Shown: piece by piece, positions 54,732 through 64,000 of the stretch | How positions within the stretch are numbered: the stretch's first letter is position 1 | How the letters are laid out: every line of letters starts with the position of its first letter | Assembly (NCBI GenBank): GCA_038496445.1 | Contig: JALMLS010000304.1 | Location: 310,001 to 374,000 of the forward strand | Direction of reading: 5' to 3' | DNA length: 64,000 nt | Source: Trichosphaerium sp. ATCC 40318 | Taxonomy: Eukaryota; Protista; Tubulinea | Position numbers and translations under genes: made by a program | Notes under the pieces: generated by a model | Told to the model about the DNA's origin: nothing | Database searches by the model: none | What the model saw: only the letters and a program-made list of their open reading frames with translations

Positions 54732-57700
54732 TTAGCTATCATCCTCATCATCATTATTATCATCGTCATCATCATTGTCGTCATTGTTATCAGTTTTATC
54801 GCCAAATATTAAGTCATACTTGCACATAAGCACTTCAACAACAGTTATAGCATTAGTAGAATCTTCAACTAATGCCATAGGATCATTACTAATCTCTGAT
54901 CCTTCAGGTCGATATAAAATATTTGGTGCTAAAACACGACTCAAATTCTCTTCATTCATTTTTGTTATCTCAGCATTCTTCGCTACACGTCTAATAAAAA
55001 GTTAATTTAAGAACAGACTTAATAGCAATAAAGACCATAGAGTAAGCAGTATCAAATGTTCGATATAGACAGAGCAAGATGGGGTTTTTTTGGTTTTTTT
55101 TGCTTGTGAAAATGTATAGATGGATTGATTTTCATTGTTAGTAACTTTGACGTACACACAAAACGCCAAGAGTACTTTCGATAATGCAATGTTTGCTTTA
55201 GGTAAAGTTTGAAGTTGTTCTGAGAACTTTGAAAGCTTATCTTCGGGTTCACTACAACAAACAATATTAGGTGGATACTACGAGTAAAAATAAAAAAAGG
55301 TTTTTTGTGTATTTTGTGTATCGTTCAGTATTGAGTTGATGGATTATGTTAAAATAAACGTACCATTCAAGCTTTGATATTTCTACCCAAGGATCAATAG
55401 GTCCAAGTAGTGGTTTAGGGAGAGCTCGAAGATACTGCTTTAAAAGTGCAGCAACAGTGTGAACTTTTTGATCAGTAAATTCAATTGGTTTGCCTTTTGG
55501 AAAGTTTTAGTTTTAGCCGCGTGTTACGCTATTATGCGTTTGTAGTTACCTTCATTAAAATCACAACGCATCTTTGTGACTTGTTTTCGGTCTCCAGCAA
55601 GTCGAAACAAACCAACACAGTTAAGTCCTTTTGAAATAAAGTTAAACAAAAAATAATCAAAAAAGTCACTTTTTGCGAAGAAAGACTGTTTTTCGTGTGC
55701 TGCATACCATGCTCATCCAAGTGCTCTATGACTTTATCTACAATAAGTGGGACTTCCCTTTGTTCTTCTTGAAGAAGATCTTCTAAATCATGACCAAATA
55801 TCTTGCCATTCAAGTTAGTATCCTTCTCACCGTTCAAGTACGGTTTGAACTTTGTTTCTGGTTTTGTTGGAGTTGACTTTATATCCAAGTCATCAGTACC
55901 ACTACTTGATAACGGGCTACTGGGAACAGAAGAAGGTTCTATAGTAGATAATACATGAGCAAACAGGAAAAAAAAAGACAACGAACAGAGCAAAAAAAAA
56001 ACAAAGACTGCCTTCAGTGAAACAAAAAAAAAACTCAAAACAAGAACACGTGATAAATTAACGCACTTTTTCGTCCTCTCATCAAGCTAGCCAAAGAAAA
56101 CTTCTTTGTTTTTCCACTTGATGGCGAATCTACTTCATGATAATGATGATGTTTTTCTACTCTATGCTTCTGTTTACTACGTCCAATAGATCCAAACTTA
56201 AGATTTCTAAGTCGAAGAGTAGACCTTTTTGTCTTTCTCAAAGAAGCATGTGTAATAGGTCTCTCCTCAATAATAATATCCTGGGCATCAGTATCTGTAT
56301 GTTTATCCCTACAACAGTATTAACTCTCGTTAAAACGAAACAAAATCGAGCTGGATAGCTGTAAACGCACATTCTAGGAGAATTTGCCACAGGTCGTATT
56401 TTTACGGATTTTTTATCGGAACTATCCGTTCGTGTAGACCCAGATGAGTGTGATTTATTTTGCCGTACTAAATCCTCTGAATGTCTTAAAGGTATTGTAG
56501 GTTCTGATAATGGATCATCTGGAGTATCATAAAATTGTTTTGCAGAACCTTCACCTTTTCCTTGCGGAGCACGTTTTTTCTTAGTTGGTTTTCTCTTTTT
56601 TGTGTTTGTCAAACCAAAGTTTCCTGTTGTTTTACTACGATCACGAAGGTATTTTCTTGGTCTATCAGGATCAGAGCTAAGTTCAGTACCATTGCCATCA
56701 AGATCAAGAGCAAGCTCTGCAGTTAAACCGCCCTAAAAGACACAACAAATAAGTTTACACCAAAACTGTTAAAACCTTTGACTACTAACCCGTCCACTTG
56801 TAGTTTCAGACAATTCAGCTAATCCATCAGCGCTTGCTAACTCTCCTGCCATAGCAATAACGCCACACTGAATTTATAATGTCAGAAAGCAAAAAACAAT
56901 TGAGTCAAGGCGCTCAAGAAGAAAGTAAAAACATACGCCTGCTGTTGGTTCTTCAGTAGATTTGAGTTCTTCTGTAGTACCCGATATAGTATCTGAAGGA
57001 GGTGAATCATGCTTAGGCTCTGTTCTATTAATCTTAGGGACGTTTATATGAACTCTAAACCAAATTATTAGCCAACCACTTGGCAGTTTGTACAAAAACA
57101 AAAAATCGATTTTTTTATGAGTTGTAATTCTTACCCAGACTGTGGTCTTTTAGGAGCTGGCTCGCCTTCTGTAGTCTCGCTTTCTGTAGTAATTGTCTCC
57201 AATTGTGGAACTCTTTAAACAAAATTTGAGTATGTACAAGTCTTAATCTTCTTTAGAATTACGACTTACGGTCGATTAGAGCTTGGGCCGTGGTTTTCAA
57301 GTGAAGCAGAACGAGATGGTGATATATCTAGTTACATCTGTTAAATGGAAAAAAAAATCCAAAAAAAAAAAAAACAAAAACAAACCGCTGTTTGGATCGT
57401 ACACATTGAGTGGGAGGGTTGTGGCTCATCTTCAGGTGGTCTCTTTGCCACAAGTTTTAATCGTTGTTTAGGCATTTGTTCAAGAGGTGGTAATCCGTCG
57501 TTTTCTCGTGTATTACTACTACTGCTCTTGTCGTTCTTATCTTCCCTTGGTATGTGATCTAAAGGAGGTAACTGAATTGTCTTTGATCTCCCTCTAGATT
57601 CTTCAGAGCCAGGCCTCTTTCTTGTGATAGTAGGAGAAGTCTTTGTGCTAGAAGCATTGCTATCAATAGTACGACGAGGAGTAATAGATCCTGATTTTGT

Positions 57701-60275
57701 CCTTTTTAATGTAGGTCTAGGCGATTTTGAACGTCTTCTAGGCTCCATAAAAGTTGTATTACGTCTAGGAGACCTTGAACGTGATCTCTGAACTGTAGGC
57801 GCATGTAAATCTGTTGAATGCCTTGACCTTGATCTGCTATGAGCATGAACTCTATTGCTTGTAACACTATCCGTAGAATGACGCGCAGAACTAGACCTAC
57901 TCCTTGAGAGGCTTCGCAATACATCCCCAGTAATTTTAGGTTCACTTGAATGACGAGGAGACTTTAATCTGCTATGTCGTTGAGGAGATTTCGATCGTTT
58001 CTTGCGTGAAGATCTCTCCACTGGTGAACTTGAACGTAGCTTTGATCCATTTGCAATTTTTCTTTTTCGAGGAGAAGAAGATCTACTATTTGATGACCTT
58101 GTTACAGGAGAACTAGAGCGTAGGTTTCTACCAGCTTCCTTCTTTGTTGTCTCTAGTGGCTTACTTGATGCAATTACTTCATCAAGAGATGAAATAGCAT
58201 GTTGCATAGATGCTTTACCTCTTGCTGATAGCTTTGACTTCTCGTAAGGTCTCTCAGATGAAGCTCTTGATCCTCTTACCGGAGAACTCGATCTTAATGG
58301 TCTTGAAGGTATAGGTGTAGGTGGATGAACGAGTGGAGATGATTTCTGAGTATTAATGTATGCCTTGGCTGTTTCTTGCCATCTTGATATTTGTTTTTCA
58401 GTAGCCGATTTTGGTGATGTGGTATTATTTCTTATAGCAGTTAATAATCCTAATCTCTTCATTTCAGCTTCTTCTAATGCGTCAAACCGATGTCTTTGAT
58501 CATCTTTTTTTTCGATTTCATTTTCGTGACCATTACGTACACCACGTGGTGTTTTTGGAGAGTTTATGGTGTCTTTAGGTGCGCTCTCAACTGATACATC
58601 ATCACCATCGAATATAAGGTCTAAATTATCAGTAAATAAAGAGATAAACAGAAACAAAAAAAAAACCTTCAAAAAAAAAAAAAAAGAAAGAACTTTGTGA
58701 CTTTCTAAAATTATTCACTTGTAACAAAACGCGATCGGCTTATCTTTAAAATGTTCTATTTTCACGTACTCTCAGTACAAAAAGGCCTAAATCTTTTTTT
58801 TCACAATGTACAAAAAAAGCGTTTCAGAAAAAAACAAAAAATTTACAGTACAATTTTTTTGTAGTTTACAAGTTTTATAATTGGACTAGTACTCCACTAC
58901 TAAGCGTAGAAAAAAAAAAAAATAGAAAGTTGTCTTACCATCAGGTACAAACATAATCTTGCTCGTAGGTAAACTACCCAAAGTCTGTTTTAGACTCAAA
59001 GGGTCTCCCTATCGAATAAAAAATAAGCTAACGTAAATACAACCCACATGGGTGTTTTTATAAAGTATATATGGGATGGTACTTGCATCGTAAGTAGCTG
59101 CTTTATACTCGATAATACCAAGAGCTCGAGATTTTGATAAGGCTCCTAAAACACTCGATAGTTTCTTTGTTCCTCTGCATTGTATACAATACTTTCTAGG
59201 GGATTCTTCTGGTTTAAACACGTATACTTCTAAAGCAATTTTGACTGCTTCATCTTTTTTTGGCGTCAACGTAGGAGACAGAGGAGGCGTCTGTTGTTGC
59301 TGTCGATTGGTGCCATCTGTAAAAAAAATTAAAAATAAATAAAAACAAATAGCGACATAGAAAGAAACATGAAGTGGTGGAGTATTAAAAAAAAATACAA
59401 AGGAGCTATAGGGTTTATACGTGGAGCCAAAATAAATACAAACAAAACAAAAAAAAAAAACTAAACACAAATTATATCCCTTCATTGAGAAGGAATAAAA
59501 CAATTTATGGTTAGTAAAATACGCTACGTTCTGAGCATTCATAACGTTTGGTAAATTTTGAAGTGTAAAAAAAAAGGCTCAAAATTTAGACATTTGAGCT
59601 CTACACGCGTTTGCTATACCACTCTTGCGTCTTTGTTGCTTAGTCCAGGGCTGGTCTTGAAGCATTTTGGAGTAGTCAGCACTGACACTTCTTTCATTAG
59701 GCCTTTCACGGCTTATATTCGAATTGATGGCTCCCGCGTGTTGCAGTTTTAATTTAAACGCCATTCCCTGGCAGCGAAATTGACTGGGGTTTTTTTTCAG
59801 CCAGATGTCAAATTGTATTCAACAAAAACAAAACCCAGATGACAAAAAAACGAAGCTATCCACCTCACAGGAAGGCAAAAAAAAGATCAAATGCGCACCA
59901 TCTGTTATAGCTATTAATCTCCTCTTGATACCATCAACCCAGTACGTTTGTTCATCTTTAGAAGGAGCTGAAAGAGTGACAGTTTGTGTGGTTGTCATTA
60001 TTGAAAGGTTAAATCCGGCATCAGGATCCTCTTCTCCGCCCTACACCATTATCAGTACGTTATATTGTTAAATCCTTAATTTCTTTTTTTAATCCTACCT
60101 TGACGCCCGTCATGGACAAAAAGTCAAAAAAGCCCTTCTCGTAGCGTTCTGATATACCTGCGTATAAGCACAGACCTCCATGTTTTTCTACAATGAATCT
60201 ATCACACCACTTGCTGATCTGGCCGAATTGGCTTTTGAACTTTAACCAGCCGCGTAAAGGCTGAAGATCGGCCAT
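54732..60275 (-). CDS. RhoGAP with N-terminal PH domain, RBD/ubiquitin-like domain and long Ser/Arg-rich region
   Basis: LRGWLKFKSQ..KWCDRFIV (PH); IFGHDLEDLL..VPLIVDKVIEHL, GLFRLAG, HTVAALLKQYLRALPKPLL, KMNEENLSRVLAPNIL (RhoGAP). Confidence 0.88.
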
Positions 60276-60617
60276 TTAGACGCCTTTGTGTTTGTTACAA
60301 CGTATTATTGTATCAATAACGCTACCTTCGCTCGCAAGTGCTACTGAGAGTGCGTATTATATGTTTACGTGCTTTTTGGCGACACAAACTCTATTGTTCT
60401 GGGCGTATCAACCACATCCTAAAGGTAAGTTAGGAGTCACAAGTACTGGTAGTTTTGTGTTCATTTGTAGCTTTTTTCAAAAAGTTGGTTGCAAAAACGA
60501 GTTGGTAATACCAAATGCTATGCTAGGTTGTTTAGATGCATACCATATCGGGAGGGACGAGCTACAAACAATCTAAAGATAAACGAACTTAAGTAGCGCT
60601 TTTTTGTTTCGTTTGAC

Positions 60618-63600
60618 ATGAGTCTCCCAACGATGGAGGACAACGTACAAACAGACTCTGGGGATGACGAACTAAACGGAGGAAACACTTCTAACCAAAC
60701 GGATTCATCTGCAACTGCTTTAGGCCTTGAGGACGAAAATCAACTAGCAGGTAGCAACAAAGAAGGCGCTGCTTCCGCACCAATCGATTATAAACGTAGA
60801 TGTAAAGCATTGAGTAGCAAGCTAAAACGCGCATACGTTGATAATAATAACCTCAAAAATCAACTTGCTGCAGAAATTAAAAAAAACCTTGATAAAACGA
60901 GACAACTCGAACAGGCCTTGCTTGAACAACAACAGATAAACGCTAGACTCTCTGGCTCCCTTGACCGACAGGATCGGAGGACCGGCAAAGCTGGAAGCGC
61001 TAAAAGCTTAAACGCGTCTTCTAGAGAAGCACACAGGTTAATTAAGCTATCTATGAACCAAAGCCCTTTAGAACGACCTGGGCGTATTCCAATTTCGGCA
61101 AGACCGCTAGGGTTGTCGACCAACGGACAAACAGTACGTCATCTTTTTATCACCATTCTTTTTGTATTTTTTTGGAACTCTCCGACTAAAAATACCGTAA
61201 AGCTCGAACAACATCGCGCAGCGTTATCTGCACGCGGCAGAAGTGCAACTTACACAGATTTGGAAGATGAGGATGCGATTACAAAGTCAGTAGTCGTGTC
61301 AATGACCGATATAAGCGAACCTCAAGACAACGAACTTTTTAAACTAAGACAACGTGTTTACGAATTAGAAACGGAAAAAGCGACAGCGTCAGCTTCTGCT
61401 GGTTCTGGCTCAGGATCTCCGTTCAGCCTTTCTGCTCGATCAGCAACGCCTACTGAAAGTACATCTCCTTTAGGAGGTACGTAAACAAGCTCTCGGCTCG
61501 AGCTGACGCAGGTTTTTTTTTCTGTTATTTTAATTTTACGAACTAGAGCCTAAAATTGCTGAACCTCCAAATTTTATACGACTTAAATTACCAAATGGGG
61601 AGAATCAAACTATTCTTTACTCTCAGGTTGATACTCTTCGATCAGTATTATCTCGATTCTGTCGTCAAAGACGGTACGTAATTTCTTTGAATGATGTCAT
61701 ATGTTTTGTTTTTTTTTTGTACTGACTACAATTTTGTAGTGATATTAAACTATCAGATTATAAATTGCTTGCTGCGTCAAAGTCAAAGAAGGCAGTTGAT
61801 TTAGATACAAAACTTACAAGGTTAAACCTTAAAGAATTATCCCTCATAAAGAAAAGTGATGCCATAGATTCACCAAGGATGGTATGTTGTGTTTAGTTGC
61901 AGAAGTCTTTTGATATTTTTTTTTTTTTTCGAAAGAAAACTTTTGCTTCATTGATTTGTAGTCTTTTTTTTTTTGTTGTACTGATGTTCTTCTTTAGCCA
62001 AAACGAAAGAAGAAGAAAGGTTTGTTGATTGTGTAGATATATTGACTATTTTTCTAACTGTTGTACCTTTTTAGGAAGAGATTCTATTAGTATTAAATCA
62101 AAATTATCGACATCAAAGATACAAATGCGTGACACAGTGCGTTGTAATATTACATTGTTTGGGTGTTAATATTATTGGTACTAGACAGCAAGATCGGAGT
62201 CACCACGAAGTCCAAGAAAATCTAAACCTTACACAATGCTCAAATCGGTAAGCATACTGTTTTATACCAAAAGAACTTTTTTGTGTTTAGAGATCAAGTT
62301 TTATTTTAACAGTATTGACATCAATAGAAATCTATTCCAAAGGAGATGCAAGGTGTAAAACAACATGAACGTAAACGTTCTCACACAGATATAAATCCTT
62401 TGCGATCGTTTGCTGCAAACAGAGGAACCAAGTTCCTAAAGTACTGCGATTTATTATTATTATGAAATAACCTATATTAATTTTAACCTTATAGGGTGCA
62501 ACTACCTAATGAACAAACTCATACTATACTTGTTACCGATGATTTAACACTCCGTGGTGGTACGAAAATAGTTTTTTGTAGAAACTCTATTCAATGCAGT
62601 TGAATTTTTTATGAGTTCTTCATGTTGACGGAGATTGGTGTTATAATTTCTTTTGTGTTCTTTTTCGTTTACTTATTTTCTATCTCTAGCACTCACAAAA
62701 ATATGTACTGTTCGTACAGATATCAATATTGATGCATATGTACCTCGAGACCCAGAAACAGGACGTCACTTGGGTGGAGAAATGGAGACTAAAATTTGTG
62801 AAATGACAATTGGCGATTCTATTGCTTTTTATTGTAAGAGCGGTACAGCTGAGGAATTTTCACCAATCTTTCCACCTGGTCATGTACGTCACCTCTAACA
62901 TGTCATTTCTGAAAGGAAAACCTGTGTAGCAACGTACTAACTTGATTTAAGCTTATTTATGATAAACCAAACGAAAATGGATCACGAGCAATATCAGCTG
63001 CTACTTTAACTGTACTTCTACACAAAATATGCGGAGAGCAACAACATTGTGCGTTTTTTATTATTATTGTTTTTATTTGTATTGCAACATAGTCACGTTT
63101 TACTTTCTTTTTTCTGTTTTTTTTTTGTTAACAATCTGTTTGTAGCGATTCTATCGGACTTTTTGTTGACATACAGATCGTTTTGTAAACCAGAACGTAT
63201 ACTTAAAACTGTAAGAGAAAATTTTTGTATTGAGAAGCCTCCAGTATGTGATGAAGGTGCTTGGACAAAGTATCTTATGTTACAGAGAATGCGGTGCGTT
63301 TAATACACTTTGTTTCTTTTTTTTTTTTTTTTTTTTTTTGTTTGTACTAATGCTAAAGAGTTAGGGTCTTGGTTGTGTTAAAAAAATGGATTGCAGAGTT
63401 TTGGATCTATGATTTTGCTGGTAATGAGCCTCTTTTAAAGTCAATAACAGATTTTGTAAACGACAAAATGAAACCAGTAATGACTACTGCTGGTACTGCA
63501 GTTTTAAGTCTTATTGAAAAAATGGTATGTGCAAAATGTTGTTGACTAGTTTTACTTATCCTTTATAATTAAAGAGAGCAAACAAAGGAGCTATAAAACG

Positions 63601-64000
63601 TATAATGGTTGTCCAGAAAGAGTCACCTCAATTACCAAAACGTCAACAAGGACCAAATTGGATTGTAACAACACCACCTATTGAGATTGCACGTCAACTC
63701 AGTTTGATAGATCAAGCATCGTACAAAAGTATCAAATGCTGGTACGTACCACCTTTTATGAAGCAGGTTTATATGCTTGGTGTATTTGTGTTATACATGT
63801 GTACTCACGTGATTGTTTTAGGGAGTGCTTAGGATTGTCATGGAATAAGAAAGGAAAAGAACAAAATTCTCCACATATCTTAGATATGATTAATAGTTTC
63901 AATCGATGCTCTAATTGGGTCAGTCAAACTATAGTATCTCAAGAGAATCTTAAGCTTCGTATTAAACTTATTAATTGGTTTATACAAATAGCAGAGGTAC
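60618..64000 (+). CDS. RasGEF with coiled coil and two Raf-type RBD-like domains; runs off the window end
   Basis: FIRLKLPNGENQTIL...TLRSVL and FLKVQLPNEQTHTIL...TLRGAL; REM ISAATLTVLL, DFLLTYRSF, VLKKWI; CDC25 PIEIARQLSLID, SFNRCSNWV. Confidence 0.88.

Overview
AT-rich eukaryotic genomic DNA, gene-dense, with roughly 200 short (mostly 35-100 nt) spliceosomal introns, so the supplied ORF track only catches exon fragments. By splicing manually I can build about 23 protein-coding genes: ASPG-type asparaginase, an F-box/LRR protein, a giant-ectodomain 7TM protein, a CDK9/12-like kinase, a PX protein, two RasGEFs, a C2-RasGAP, a PH-RhoGAP, a TXNDC15-like protein, UPF2, FAM32A, PP1, ribokinase, THOC3, a sterol methyl oxidase-like protein, a stand-alone LYS1 and several novel secreted proteins. 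The gene content and the 5S sequence suggest an amoeboid protist, probably Amoebozoa (inference). The standout observation is at the UPF2 locus: a complete, structurally intact 5S rRNA gene with its own oligo-T terminator sits in sense orientation inside a UPF2 coding intron (41911-42030). UPF2 also appears to carry 3'-UTR introns that would make it an NMD target of its own pathway. Other signals: a window-wide excess of the CACGTG palindrome in introns and non-coding DNA, an elevated rate of GC-AG introns (often GCACGT), a candidate RNase P/MRP RNA, a novel duplicated 12-Cys secreted domain and a decayed copy of the LRR family. Exon boundaries were derived by eye and are predictions.
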